Part shown: piece after piece, positions 30,191 to 40,237 of the stretch
How the letters are laid out: each line of letters opens with the position of its first letter
Numbering within the stretch: the stretch's first letter is position 1
Assembly: GCA_965202625.1 (NCBI GenBank)
Contig: CBDBBI010000010.1
Span: forward strand, 1,952,001-2,016,000
Source of the DNA: a bacterium
GTDB taxonomy: Bacteria > UBA8248
Direction: 5' to 3'
DNA: 64,000 nt
Translations under genes and position numbers: made by a program
The notes under the pieces: generated by a model
What the model was told of the DNA's origin: nothing
The model's database searches: none
The model's input: the letters and a program-made list of their open reading frames with translations, nothing else

Positions 30191-30834
30191 TCACTCTCCT
30201 CCAAAGCGCGCTTCAGGCTCGTGAGGGTATTCTCGATATAGTTTCTTTGACCGAGAATGGAACGCATTCTTTTCACCACTCCGGAGGGGGCGCGCGCCCC
30301 CCTAGCCATCGCCTCGTCCCAAGCGGCGCCCAAGTCCTCAAGCGCCGCGCGCTGACCGTCCCGAAGCGCCACAAAGCATTCGCTGGCCGCGCCCAGACGT
30401 TCTCGCAACCTTTCACTCTCCTCCTCGTCCGACGCGCGGCACCGAAACTCATCCGCCGCCTCCTGCGCCTCGAATATCTCCTCAAATAACTCGGGTGGCG
30501 GCTTCGCGTCGTTTTCCTCTAGATTTCCGCTTTCGAGCTCTACCAGATACGCCACGCGTGCAATCAGGTCCTTGAGTGTCTGATGCGCCTCGTTGAGGCG
30601 AGCGGTCGCATCCAAGCTTCTAATTCGAACCGAGGCGGGCGCATCCATGAAAAAATCAGGGTGAAGCTTCCGGCTCAACTCATAGAACCTGGATTCGAGC
30701 ATCTGGACGTCAAGCCCGAATTTTCGCGGCAACCCCAACAAGGCGAAGTGATCGATTTCAGCGGGAATAGACTCTATCCCGCCTTTCTCATCGAAAATGG
30801 AAAAGGCTTCGGTCTTCGCCGCTTCGCTCATCAC
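30187..30834 (-). CDS. hscB: Fe-S assembly co-chaperone HscB
   Basis: J-domain [16 protein letters not shown]...R..YL. Confidence 0.9.
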   Translation of the reverse strand: MMSEAAKTEAFSIFDEKGGIESIPAEIDHFALLGLPRKFGLDVQMLESRFYELSRKLHPDFFMDAPASVRIRSLDATARLNEAHQTLKDLIARVAYLVELESGNLEENDAKPPPELFEEIFEAQEAADEFRCRASDEEESERLRERLGAASECFVALRDGQRAALEDLGAAWDEAMARGARAPSGVVKRMRSILGQRNYIENTLTSLKRALEESE

Positions 30835-30938
30835 GCGATTCCAAAGCCTCTCGAACCGCCAGGCGTAGTAAACTCAAAATAAAAACGCGTCGCTCTCCCT
30901 AACATCGCGTGGGCGCAGCGCGTTCCGTTCTGATTCGG

Positions 30939-31295
30939 CTAGGAGGAGAAGCTCTCTCCGCAACCACAAGACTGACGCGCGTTGGGGTTCTTGAACGTAA
31001 AACCCTTACCCATCAGCCCATCTTCAAAGTCCAGTGTTACGCCGGTCAGAAAAAGAAGGCTTTTTTTGTCCACAATTACCCGGACGCCGCCTTTCTCGAA
31101 AACCTCGTCCATCAAGGGATTGACGCGCTCCTCACCCTCAAATTGAAGAACATAGGAAAGGCCGGAGCAACCTCCCCCCTTCACGCCGACGCGAAGGACG
31201 CTCCCTTGCCGCCCCTCTTGCTCCATGAAGCGGCGCACGTTCTGCGCCGCCTTGTCGGTTATCCCTAGGCTCCATTTTTTCGTGACGGTCTCCAT
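30939..31295 (-). CDS. iscA: Fe-S assembly accessory protein IscA
   Basis: GVKGGGCSGLSY, NPNA.QSCGCGESF. Confidence 0.93.
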   Translation of the reverse strand: METVTKKWSLGITDKAAQNVRRFMEQEGRQGSVLRVGVKGGGCSGLSYVLQFEGEERVNPLMDEVFEKGGVRVIVDKKSLLFLTGVTLDFEDGLMGKGFTFKNPNARQSCGCGESFSS

Positions 31296-31333
31296 GGTTC
31301 TATCCTCCGCCCCACCCGGCAAGTCGGCCGCGC

Positions 31334-31744
31334 CTAGTGATGACCCTTGCGCTCGACAATGAGCATACCGTTTTTGTCGCGAAAATCATTCAAAGCAGTC
31401 TTGATGGCGTCTTCCGCCAGCACGGAGCAGTGAATTTTCACGGGCGGGAGGTTCAGCTCCTCAACGATCTGCGTGTTCTTGATTTCCTCCGCCTCGTCCA
31501 CCGTCTTTCCCTTGAGCCACTCCGTGGCCAACGAGCTCGAGGCGATGGCACTTCCACAGCCGAACGTCTTAAACTTCGCGTCTTCAATGACGCCTCTCTC
31601 GCTCACCTTGATTTGCAGCTTCATAACGTCGCCGCACTCGGGTGCGCCGACAACGCCCGTGCCCACGGCCTGATCGCCCTTGTCAAGCGACCCGACGTTG
31701 CGGGGGTTGTTGTAGTGGTCAACTACTTTATCGCTGTAAGCCAT
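31334..31744 (-). CDS. iscU: Fe-S scaffold IscU
   Basis: MAYSDKVVDHY.NPRNVG, GAPECGDVM, FGCGSAIASS, LPPVKIHCS. Confidence 0.97.
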   Translation of the reverse strand: MAYSDKVVDHYNNPRNVGSLDKGDQAVGTGVVGAPECGDVMKLQIKVSERGVIEDAKFKTFGCGSAIASSSLATEWLKGKTVDEAEEIKNTQIVEELNLPPVKIHCSVLAEDAIKTALNDFRDKNGMLIVERKGHH

Positions 31745-31815
31745 TTTGACGTTCTCCTTTTCGTTCGTTTCTGGAAGCCGCTGGTCCCGGCATAAGTATA
31801 TCCGCAAACGCTCGT

Positions 31816-33036
31816 CTAATGCGACTGCCATTCCACCTTCGAGAGATCGACGCCCTCCTTCACCATCTCATAGAGCGGACTCATCTCACGAAGCCGGCTT
31901 ACGATGTCCGTCGTTTTCTCGGCCACGTATTCCATCTCTTCCTCGGTAGAAAAGCGACCGAAACCGAATCGAATCGACGAATGTGCCAACTCATCGCCCC
32001 GCCCCATGGACTTGAGTACATAGCTCGGCTCTAGGCTCGCCGAGGTGCAGGCGGAGCCAGAGGATACGGCCACATCACTCAGCCCCATGATGAGAGATTC
32101 GCCCTCCACATAGGGGAAACTCAGGTTGAGGTTGCCCGAGAGCCGCTTAGTCTCATGGCCGTTCACATAAACTTCCTCTAGGCTCTCGAACATGATGGAC
32201 TTGAACCTGTCGCGCAAGTTCGTGAGGCGGATGTTTTCCTCATCCATCTCCTGCGCGCACAGCTCGGCCGCTTTGCCGAAGCCAACAATGCCCGAGACGT
32301 TCAGCGTGCCAGAGCGCATGCCCCGCTCATGGCCACCGCCGTCGATGATGGCGGAGAGGCGAATGCGCGGCCTGCGCCTGCGCACGTAAATCATGCCTAT
32401 ACCCTTGGGCCCATAGATTTTGTGGGCGGTAGCGGAGAGCAGGTCGATGTTCATCTCGTTTACGTCGATGGGAATTTTGCCGTAGCCCTGCGTGGCATCC
32501 GTGTGGAAGACGACGCCCCGCTCTCGGCACAACGCTCCGATGTCGGCGATGGGGTTCAGCACGCCAACCTCGTTGTTCGCCGCCATGATGGAGACCAGAA
32601 TGGTGTCGTCCCGCAAAGCGGCCTCGACCATCTCCGCCGTCGTGACGCCGTCCTCCGGAGGCTCAATGTAGGTGACGTCGAAACCCCACGTCTCGAGGCG
32701 CTTAGCGGAGTCGATGATGGCCTTGTGCTCAATCGCCGAGGTGACAACGTGGTTGCCCCTCTTCTTATACATCTCGGCGACCCCCTTGAGTGCCATGTTG
32801 TCCGATTCGGTGGCTCCGCTCGTAAAGATGATCTCGCGCGGGTCGGCACCGATAACTTCGGCGATCTTCTCCCTGGAATCGTCCACGGCTTTCTCCGCCT
32901 CCCAGCCAAAGCTGTGGTTGCGGCTCGCCGCGTTACCGAACTTGTCGGTGAAGTAGGGAAGCATCTCCTCAAGAACGCGGGGGTCCATGGGCGTCGTCGC
33001 CTGATAATCCATATAGATGGGGAACTTCAAGCTCAT
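31816..33036 (-). CDS. iscS: Cysteine desulfurase IscS
   Basis: [48 protein letters not shown]. Confidence 0.97.
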   Translation of the reverse strand: MSLKFPIYMDYQATTPMDPRVLEEMLPYFTDKFGNAASRNHSFGWEAEKAVDDSREKIAEVIGADPREIIFTSGATESDNMALKGVAEMYKKRGNHVVTSAIEHKAIIDSAKRLETWGFDVTYIEPPEDGVTTAEMVEAALRDDTILVSIMAANNEVGVLNPIADIGALCRERGVVFHTDATQGYGKIPIDVNEMNIDLLSATAHKIYGPKGIGMIYVRRRRPRIRLSAIIDGGGHERGMRSGTLNVSGIVGFGKAAELCAQEMDEENIRLTNLRDRFKSIMFESLEEVYVNGHETKRLSGNLNLSFPYVEGESLIMGLSDVAVSSGSACTSASLEPSYVLKSMGRGDELAHSSIRFGFGRFSTEEEMEYVAEKTTDIVSRLREMSPLYEMVKEGVDLSKVEWQSH

Positions 33037-33059
33037 ATAATCTCTCCTGCCGGCGCACC

Positions 33060-33227
33060 CACCATGAGGGTTCATGTCCTCAAGCGCGTCGGTCGCCTTT
33101 TTCTGAATCCTTTACGTGGAATAAAAGACGGCGCGTTTTTCGAATTTCTCACCCTTCGCGGCACCCTCCCGCCCAGCGAGACGGGCCAGCACCATCAAAC
33201 CTTAATCCGCGCGCTTGGTGATCGCAT
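33060..33227 (-). pseudogene. iscR: Decayed iscR/Rrf2-family regulator
   Basis: One frame reads ITKRAD*GLMVLARLAGREG...[26 protein letters not shown], i.e. Rrf2 N- and C-termini joined with the middle deleted; two TAA stops; canonical position before iscS. Confidence 0.75.
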
Positions 33228-33277
33228 CTGCTTGCCGGCCGCCAGTCCCTCGGGAGATGGTGGCACCACCCGCCAAA

Positions 33278-33304
33278 CAAATACGACCAAAATGGTCGCG
33301 AATA
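33278..33304. promoter_or_regulatory. IscR/Rrf2-type operator palindrome
   Basis: ATACGACCAAAATGGTCGCGAAT, core CGACCA-N3-TGGTCG (GAC-N7-GTC), just downstream of the promoter. Confidence 0.7.
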
Positions 33305-33316
33305 CATCTATACGCA

Positions 33317-33345
33317 GATATACGCCCCAAACGGACTTCTGTCAA
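33317..33345 (-). promoter_or_regulatory. Putative sigma70 promoter of the isc operon
   Basis: Minus strand TTGACA-17 nt-TATATC. Confidence 0.6.
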
Positions 33346-33402
33346 ACATCACAAACGCAAAACAAAAGCCTGGGGGGAACGCGGGAGTCAAGCGCGCCTC
33401 AC

Positions 33403-34575
33403 CTACTTCTCCACTTGAACGAGCTTCCAGCCGCCTTTTTTGACCCGAATCAGTACTAGGGAATCGACACTCAGTCCATTGTGGTCGTTCTTGGAGAAAC
33501 TGTAGTTTCCGTTCAGCCCCAGAAAATCTCGCGTCTCCTCTATCGCTGGAGGGATTCTCGCTCGATTGCCGCCCACGCCCCGCACCGCCCACGCCAAAAG
33601 GCGCAGCGCGTCGGCCGCCGCCGCCGCCGTCTCTCCCGGCGCGCTTTCGTACTGTTTTTGATACTCGGTGCGAAACGCCATAACGTCCTCTTTGGCGGGG
33701 TGCGACTTGCCCAAAAGATGAGCCGCCGTGAGCCAGGAAGCGGGAAACACCACGTCCTCGGCCGCTCGGCCTCCGCTTTGGGGACCGAACAACTCCGGCG
33801 ACGCGTGTGAAAAATAAAGCGGCATCCTCAAGCTGAGCGCCACGCGCGCGCGCGCCACACCCAGGCGCGAGACGCCGTTCGCCCAGAGCACGAAGCCTCC
33901 GGCGCCACGCACGGAGGAGCGCTTCAGGAAGGGTAGAAAATTGTGCTCGGCCGGCTTGAAGGATTCGTTCAAGAGAATGGACATGCCAAAATCAGGCGCG
34001 AGTGCGGTCATCTGCTCCCGGCCCTCCGTGCCATAGCCATCGGATGAACCCAGAATGGCAGCGCGCCTGATCCCCCTTCTCCTCAGATGGCCTAATATCA
34101 ACCGAGTGGGCAACGAAGCCGGCCTTGCGGTGGAAAACACCCACTTGAGAGTCGGGGCAAGAATCTCCTCGGGAGCGGACAACGAAAAAAGTGGGACTTC
34201 TTCCTCTGCCGCCGCCCGCGCCGAGGCAATAGCAGCGTAATGCTCGACAGGCCCTATCACGGCAACGACCTTATGGGCGCGCGCGAGCTTCCGCACGGCG
34301 GCGGCGGCGGCCTTCGGACTTCCCTTCGTGTCAAGGGTGAGGAGGAACACGCGCTCGCCAGCGACGCCCCTTCGGTTGACCCGCGCCCTTTCGAGCAAAA
34401 GCGCGTTGCGCGCCTCCGCGCCTGCGGCCCCGCCCGCTCCCGATAGATTCAACACCAAGCCGACGGCGACTCTTCCCGAGGGTGCCGCCTGCGCCGCTTG
34501 CGCCCCAACGCACCAACAAACCATCAGCACCGCCATCCATCTCACGCGCCATTCGCTTTTGATTAGAACGTTCAT
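33403..34575 (-). CDS. ABC transporter substrate-binding protein (LivJ/branched-chain type)
   Basis: Signal peptide; VGLVLNLSG, DTKGSP..A, VAVIGP, SDGYG, FLGLNG.YSFS..DHNG. Confidence 0.85.
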   Translation of the reverse strand: MNVLIKSEWRVRWMAVLMVCWCVGAQAAQAAPSGRVAVGLVLNLSGAGGAAGAEARNALLLERARVNRRGVAGERVFLLTLDTKGSPKAAAAAVRKLARAHKVVAVIGPVEHYAAIASARAAAEEEVPLFSLSAPEEILAPTLKWVFSTARPASLPTRLILGHLRRRGIRRAAILGSSDGYGTEGREQMTALAPDFGMSILLNESFKPAEHNFLPFLKRSSVRGAGGFVLWANGVSRLGVARARVALSLRMPLYFSHASPELFGPQSGGRAAEDVVFPASWLTAAHLLGKSHPAKEDVMAFRTEYQKQYESAPGETAAAAADALRLLAWAVRGVGGNRARIPPAIEETRDFLGLNGNYSFSKNDHNGLSVDSLVLIRVKKGGWKLVQVEK

Positions 34576-34656
34576 GTTCTATGATCCAGCCCTGGAGCGG
34601 AGAGCGACATTGGGGGCGGACGCCCCATACCCGCTAGATAACGGCTGATCTGCTAC

Positions 34657-35886
34657 ATGTCAAACAAACCGAAACACAAACCAGCGAACCCGCGAATCGT
34701 CCGGCCAGAGCCAAGACGATTCCGGAGGCGCATTCTTGAGTGGTATGACCGAGAAAAAAGGGCGCTACCCTGGCGCGGGGAGAAAGACCCATACCGAATC
34801 TGGGTCTCGGAGACGATGCTTCAGCAAACCCGGGCGAATGTCGTCCAGCGTCGCTACCCCGCCTTCATGGAGCGATTTCCCACCCTGGCCATCCTAGCGG
34901 ACGCGCCTCTTGATTCGGTTTTAGCCGAATGGCAAGGACTCGGCTATTACGGCCGCGCGAGAAACCTGCACCGCGCCGCCCGGGAGGTTATGGGCCGAGG
35001 CGAGGGCGCGTTGCCGAAAACGCGCGATGCGTTGTTGGCCCTGCCGGGGATAGGTCCCTACATGGCGGGGGCAATCGCCAGCATCGCCTTCGGGGAACCC
35101 CACCCGGCGGTTGACGCGAACGCGCTGCGAATCATGAGCCGCGTCCTCAACCTCTCGATTCCCGTCAATTCTCCGCCCGGCCTACGGATCATCACCGATG
35201 CAACGCAAGTACTGATTCCATCGTCAAGACCCGGCGACTTCAACCAGGCGTTAATGGAGCTGGGCGCTCAAATCTGCGCGCCAAGAAAACCCCGTTGCAC
35301 GCGATGCCCCATAAGCGAGTTGTGCGCGGGACAGGAGGCGGGAACCCAAGGCGCTCTGCCAGTGAAGACCAAGAAAAAACCGCCCACTCCGGTCACTATC
35401 TTTCAGTTCTGGGCGCGGCGGAAAGGCCGGATTCTTTTGACACAAAGGGAGAAAAACGGCCTTTTCGGCGGCATGTGGGAGCTGCCCGGCTTCATGGAGG
35501 ATGGACGCTGTGAGCGCATAGACCCACGACGCCTGGACGAGGAGTGCGCGAAGGTGCTCGGACGGGGCTGGCGACCCGGGCGCGAGCTCGCCCAAATCCA
35601 GAGAACGCTCACGCACAGAAAAATTTTGTTCGTCGTGCTCTTAGTGGAAATTTCCGATGAAAAAACGCTGGAGACGAGTCGGGACGGCTTCATCTGGGCG
35701 TCGGAGGAAGATATGGACATCCTAGCCATTTCCTCCGCCCAGCGGGCCGCATGGCGCGCGGCCAAACGCGCGCTTTCCCACGCGGAGGAGAAAGCGGGCG
35801 GGCGCTATAGGGGAGACGCCGCCGCTCTTTGTTGCTTACCTCCGACGCCCCCTCAGGACGCTCCGCCGAAACGCTCTTTCAAATAA
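34657..35886 (+). CDS. mutY: A/G-specific adenine glycosylase
   Basis: DPYRIWVSETMLQQT, WQGLGYY.RARNL, LPGIGPY, VDAN, C.P.KP.C..CP....C, C-terminal NUDIX-like domain. Confidence 0.95.
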   Translation: MSNKPKHKPANPRIVRPEPRRFRRRILEWYDREKRALPWRGEKDPYRIWVSETMLQQTRANVVQRRYPAFMERFPTLAILADAPLDSVLAEWQGLGYYGRARNLHRAAREVMGRGEGALPKTRDALLALPGIGPYMAGAIASIAFGEPHPAVDANALRIMSRVLNLSIPVNSPPGLRIITDATQVLIPSSRPGDFNQALMELGAQICAPRKPRCTRCPISELCAGQEAGTQGALPVKTKKKPPTPVTIFQFWARRKGRILLTQREKNGLFGGMWELPGFMEDGRCERIDPRRLDEECAKVLGRGWRPGRELAQIQRTLTHRKILFVVLLVEISDEKTLETSRDGFIWASEEDMDILAISSAQRAAWRAAKRALSHAEEKAGGRYRGDAAALCCLPPTPPQDAPPKRSFK

Positions 35887-36761
35887 TCCTCAAGCGCTCT
35901 CGGCTTGAAACCAAAGGTCTCTTTTAGGGGAGCGGGGTCGCAGACGTTGTCCTCCTCCAGCATCGTGATTTGATCCTCGGTGAAGGGGGGCTTCATCGGA
36001 AGCAGGTTGAACGCCTTGGCTTGCAAGCGTGCGATGGGCATGGGCAGGCGCAAGAACATCCTCTTCTTGCCCATCGCCGCCGCCAGCATAGCGAGAATGT
36101 CTTTGAGCGCATACGCGGTGTCTCCGCCCACGTTGTAGGTGCGCCCGACGGTATTCGGCATATGTAGACACTCCATGAAACAGCGGCACACATCCTCCAC
36201 CCAAATAGGCTGGAGCTTTCCCTTTCCCGAGCCGATGAGGGGAAGGACGGGCGCGAGGCGCGCGATGTCGGCGAAGGTGTTCAGGAATTCGTCGTTCTCG
36301 CCGAAAACGATGGAGGGCCTAAATATCGTCCAATCCAAATCGCTTTCACGGACAAACTGCTCGGCCGCGAATTTCGTTTTATGATAGCGGGAGACGGCAT
36401 TCTCCTTCGTTCCCAGGGCACTCATGTGCGCGAAGCGCCGCACCCCCGCCTGCTCGGCGGCGGCGACCATGCGGCGCGTGCCCTCCACATGAACGGCCCC
36501 AAAGCCTGGCGTTCCCTTCTCGATGATGATGCCCACCAAATGGATGACGGCGTCTTGCTTCTTCATCAACTCGGCAAGCTGATCGACCGAATACGTTGTG
36601 ACGTCCCCCCGCACAGGATAGACGCCGCTCATGGAGGTGAGTCGCTGCCTCGCCGGCTCCGGGTCTCGGGAGAGCAACCTGATCTCATGGCCCGCCAACG
36701 AGAGATGGGAGAGGAGAGAGCTTCCAACATACCCCGTTCCGCCCGTCAGAAAAACTTTCAT
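35853..36761 (-). CDS. NAD-dependent epimerase / complex I NDUFA9-like SDR
   Basis: TGGTGYVG, VIHLVGII.E, HMSALG, YHKTKFAAE, RPSIVFG.D.F. Confidence 0.9.
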   Translation of the reverse strand: MKVFLTGGTGYVGSSLLSHLSLAGHEIRLLSRDPEPARQRLTSMSGVYPVRGDVTTYSVDQLAELMKKQDAVIHLVGIIIEKGTPGFGAVHVEGTRRMVAAAEQAGVRRFAHMSALGTKENAVSRYHKTKFAAEQFVRESDLDWTIFRPSIVFGENDEFLNTFADIARLAPVLPLIGSGKGKLQPIWVEDVCRCFMECLHMPNTVGRTYNVGGDTAYALKDILAMLAAAMGKKRMFLRLPMPIARLQAKAFNLLPMKPPFTEDQITMLEEDNVCDPAPLKETFGFKPRALEDYLKERFGGAS

Positions 36762-36795
36762 TGCTCAGCCTCCTCCAAGAAACGGGACGATTCGT

Positions 36796-38067
36796 TCAGC
36801 CCGCGCCACCGATGCGCGCGACGGCACCCACCGGAGGTTCGCTCTTCATCACCTCACGCAAGACCTCGCTCGCATACGCTCCGGGAGGCAACGTGAACCC
36901 AATGCGCAACCCCCCGCCTTCCACCTTAAGGCTCACCTCTTTCACCTGCGCACGATACGGACGCCGGGCACCATAAAGCCGCAGCCTCTCGAGTCCATCA
37001 AGAACGCCCGGCGCATCGACGCCCAGAGATTCTAGCACGCTCCGCTCCAGTTTTTCCGCCCCCGCGCGCGCTTCGAGCATTTTTCGGCCAAGGAGAGGTC
37101 CAGCCGGACTTACCTCAAAACGAGACAAGGCGCCGTTTTCCCCATCAGGCGCGCCCACTCTTCTGACCTTGCTCGTTTCGTGATGAAAAAGCACATCGCC
37201 CGCCCAGACGCGGTCGTGGGCACACACCTCAAGCCTCCTCGCTAGGCACGAGTTAAAAACGGCCGCCTGAAACGCGCCGCCATACAAAGTCCTCTCCCTG
37301 GGAGGAATGGAAGCTACCGCCTGCTCCGGTGAGGCGCCCTTCTCCAGGCGAGAGAGAGCGCGCCACTCCGCCATCCAAGAGGCGGGATACAATCGCCTCG
37401 CCCGTCCAAATTCGCCCGCCTCATACCTGCGAGCCGCCTCCAGCAGACGCTCGTCGGCGTCGTTTCGCGCGGAGGAGAATCGAGCGGTGCCCAATAGCGC
37501 GCACAAAGCACCCCTCCAATCTCCCTTCGCAAGCGCAAAGCCGATGCGCGCCGTATGGCCATGAACGCCGAATCTCTGATCGCCATACGCATTGGGAAGC
37601 CCCCGCGCGGCGAGACAATCCAAAACCGCGCGTGCCTTTCTCTCCGCCCCCGGCACGACTTCTCGAACGAATATCTCGAACCGATTGCCCAAAAGCGCGC
37701 TTCGTCTGATTTTTGTCCGACTCCACGTTTTCTCCAAAACCCGGACGCCGCCCGCATCCTCCGCCCTCAATATGGCCTCCGAAACCCCCCGTTCTCTTGT
37801 CCTGAAGGAGAACCACTGCCTCGCCACCGCATTGGCGTCCTTAAGTCCCGCGTAGCCCGCCTCCGCCTCCGTAAGGTTTAGCGAGCGACACAAGGCGCGC
37901 ATCGCCTCAATGGTCGAGATTCCCCGCTTCTCCACCCACAAATACAGATGCTCCCCATCCCCGCTTGGACACACGAGGGGTATTTCCTCCACGCGAAAAT
38001 CCTCGAATCTCACACGCAGACGCCCACCGGCACCGGCAACAGGATCCGTGAGATACGCTCCCCCCAT
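36796..38067 (-). CDS. truD: tRNA pseudouridine(13) synthase
   Basis: EDFRVEE, GEHLYL.VEK, YAGLKDA.A...QW, GNRF.I, PN.YG.QRFG, FTLPPGAYA..VLRE. Confidence 0.94.
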   Translation of the reverse strand: MGGAYLTDPVAGAGGRLRVRFEDFRVEEIPLVCPSGDGEHLYLWVEKRGISTIEAMRALCRSLNLTEAEAGYAGLKDANAVARQWFSFRTRERGVSEAILRAEDAGGVRVLEKTWSRTKIRRSALLGNRFEIFVREVVPGAERKARAVLDCLAARGLPNAYGDQRFGVHGHTARIGFALAKGDWRGALCALLGTARFSSARNDADERLLEAARRYEAGEFGRARRLYPASWMAEWRALSRLEKGASPEQAVASIPPRERTLYGGAFQAAVFNSCLARRLEVCAHDRVWAGDVLFHHETSKVRRVGAPDGENGALSRFEVSPAGPLLGRKMLEARAGAEKLERSVLESLGVDAPGVLDGLERLRLYGARRPYRAQVKEVSLKVEGGGLRIGFTLPPGAYASEVLREVMKSEPPVGAVARIGGAG

Positions 38068-38176
38068 TCTCTCTCCCTCGCCGATCCCGCTACGCCAAAT
38101 CGCCCAATTAACGCTATACTCCTGTTTCTCATCGCGCGGGATCGACTCTCGGTCCTCTCTCTCACAGGGAATACTC

Positions 38177-38695
38177 ATGTCCAGCCTTCTCGACAAGACC
38201 ACTTTCGTTCTTCTGGCCATGGCGGTGGGGCTGGCGTTGCTGGCGTATCAGAAAACCGGAGAGCTGCCCCTGGGCGCGGCGGGCCGGGCGGGAAGCCTGA
38301 TCGTGAGCATCCTTCCCAAAATCGTGGTCGGCATGTTCATCGGCGCGCTCATGGCTGAAGTCCTTCCGCAGGAAATTCTGCAAAACTGGTTCTCCGATCG
38401 CTCGGGCTGGCGCGGCATTCTCATCGGCTGGGCGGCGGGGTGCATGCTGCCCGTGGGCGCGCCCTTCGTTTTGTATCCGATTGTAGCCGGGCTACTTCAG
38501 GGAGGAGCGGGTTTTGGGCCGATGGTGACGCTGCTCACGGCGTCAGCGCTGATCGGCCCGGTGCGCACCTTCGTGTATGAAATTCCCCTGATTGGAACGG
38601 AGTTTTTCCTGTTCCGGATTCTCGCCGTCTTCTGGGTTCCGCCCGTGGCGGGTGTGCTCTCGCAACTGGTCGTGCGGGTTCTGCGAGGAGGGTGA
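38177..38695 (+). CDS. Small permease (DUF318/ArsP-like half transporter)
   Basis: Hydrophobic; LPQEI..WF...SGWRGILI..AAG..LP.G.PF..YPI..GL...GA..G pattern. Confidence 0.75.
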   Translation: MSSLLDKTTFVLLAMAVGLALLAYQKTGELPLGAAGRAGSLIVSILPKIVVGMFIGALMAEVLPQEILQNWFSDRSGWRGILIGWAAGCMLPVGAPFVLYPIVAGLLQGGAGFGPMVTLLTASALIGPVRTFVYEIPLIGTEFFLFRILAVFWVPPVAGVLSQLVVRVLRGG

Positions 38696-38796
38696 GACGC
38701 GCCGCGCAAAACCCAAAAACGCGCGCCTGGTCCTCGGGCGGGAAGCCCTCATCCCCATCAACCACGCAGCGAGCCATCGCTCGCTCGGCGCGGACT

Positions 38797-39696
38797 CTAC
38801 CCGCCTCGCCTAGGCATCCCTATGGGCAAATCCTCCCTGTCGCCCCATTCTTTCCAGGAGCCGAGATAGTTTCTAATTCTCGGATAGCCGAGCAGGCGAT
38901 AGACGAGATAGGCGTGCGCCGATCGATAGCCGCCCTGACACAGCGACACCATCTCCTTGTCGGGCGTCAGCCCCATGGATTCGAGCATTGCAGTCAACTC
39001 AGGCGCCGACCTGAGCGAACCGTCGCTCGCAAGGGCGCTCGTCCACTCGAGGTGAATCGAACCCGGAACGGCACCACCGCGCGCGGCGCGGACGTTCTCG
39101 GCGAAATACTCGCCCTCCGAGCGCGTGTCGTGAATGTTGACGTCCGAATCCCCAAGACGTTTCAAAACATAATCCACCGTGGCGATGCGGTCCGCCGCAT
39201 ACGGCTTGAGACGGCTTGCGAACGAGGTTCTCAGAATACGTTTATGGCCTTGGGCGGTCGCCTCGTATGGACCACCCGCCATCGGCCACGCCTCGCGCGT
39301 GACAGGCAGGCCCTCGGCCTTCCATGCGTTGAGGCCACCGTCCAAAATACACGCGTCCTCATGGGCCAGATACTCCAGAAACCAAAACCCGCGCGCCGAA
39401 CGAAACCCCGAATTCTCTTGATAGAAAACCACCGTCTTTCCGTAATCAACGCCGCGTATCTCCATGAGATACGCGAGCATCCAGGTGAAGGCGGCCAGCG
39501 GACGAGGACGGGTGTCGTTGAGTGAGATTCCATATAAATCTAGATGCGCGGCGCCTTCAATGTGGCCCGCGCAAAACTCCGGCGCCGGGCGGGTATCAAT
39601 GATGACAAGATCATCGCCCTTCCGATCACCGATGCGCTCCTTGAGCTGCGCGGGCGTGAGGACAAGGTCCGGGTTCGCGTAACCCTTCTCGTTCAT
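38797..39696 (-). CDS. Two-domain sulfurtransferase (rhodanese)
   Basis: GHIEGA, LDGGL.AW, catalytic CQGGYRS, YLGSWKEW. Confidence 0.92.
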   Translation of the reverse strand: MNEKGYANPDLVLTPAQLKERIGDRKGDDLVIIDTRPAPEFCAGHIEGAAHLDLYGISLNDTRPRPLAAFTWMLAYLMEIRGVDYGKTVVFYQENSGFRSARGFWFLEYLAHEDACILDGGLNAWKAEGLPVTREAWPMAGGPYEATAQGHKRILRTSFASRLKPYAADRIATVDYVLKRLGDSDVNIHDTRSEGEYFAENVRAARGGAVPGSIHLEWTSALASDGSLRSAPELTAMLESMGLTPDKEMVSLCQGGYRSAHAYLVYRLLGYPRIRNYLGSWKEWGDREDLPIGMPRRGG

Positions 39697-40175
39697 CGGC
39701 GAAACTCACGCGGACTGAGCGGCTCCAGCCTGTCCGTGATCTCTCTCGTGAAGGGAGACGACTGCAACGAAAGCACGTACACTTTCGCGCTCCCATCGGG
39801 ATTGACGAAGCGATAAATCAGATTGGTGACTTGGTCGTAGTTATACCAGACATGCGTGTTGCGCTGCCCGCCGGCGACCAAAATCAGATGAATCAGCGCA
39901 ATGGCCCCGCCGGGTCGAGTGATGATCTCGACCCGGTCTATCTGGCGGGCAAAGGTTTCCGATTTTCCCGTCGCCAGCGTGATGGTGGCGATCAAATCCA
40001 GGGGGTGCTGCGCCGCCGCAGGCTGAACGGGAGCTATGCGAGGCAAGTCCGGCTGCGCTTCGGGGGCGGGTAGCCGAGGTGGCGTCAGGTTCTGCGCCCC
40101 GGCACCCGAGATGAAAAGAACCGCCAAAAACCCGGAAAGCAGGAGTCGCAAAAGCATTTTTTCTCTCAAAGGCAT
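39693..40175 (-). CDS. Hypothetical exported protein
   Basis: Signal peptide ending GAGA, Pro-rich linker, small globular domain; stop overlaps the rhodanese start. Confidence 0.65.
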   Translation of the reverse strand: MPLREKMLLRLLLSGFLAVLFISGAGAQNLTPPRLPAPEAQPDLPRIAPVQPAAAQHPLDLIATITLATGKSETFARQIDRVEIITRPGGAIALIHLILVAGGQRNTHVWYNYDQVTNLIYRFVNPDGSAKVYVLSLQSSPFTREITDRLEPLSPREFRR

Positions 40176-40237
40176 ACCCTCTCCTTTTTCAAGAAGTTCC
40201 GTTTGACGCGTTCGCAATTTTTAGCGCGTATCATACC

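Noticed and set aside
33037-33075. N-terminal extension MNPHGG... of IscS in the ORF track
   Set aside because: This is the tail of the iscR relic in the same frame; the AGGAG RBS supports the start at 33036
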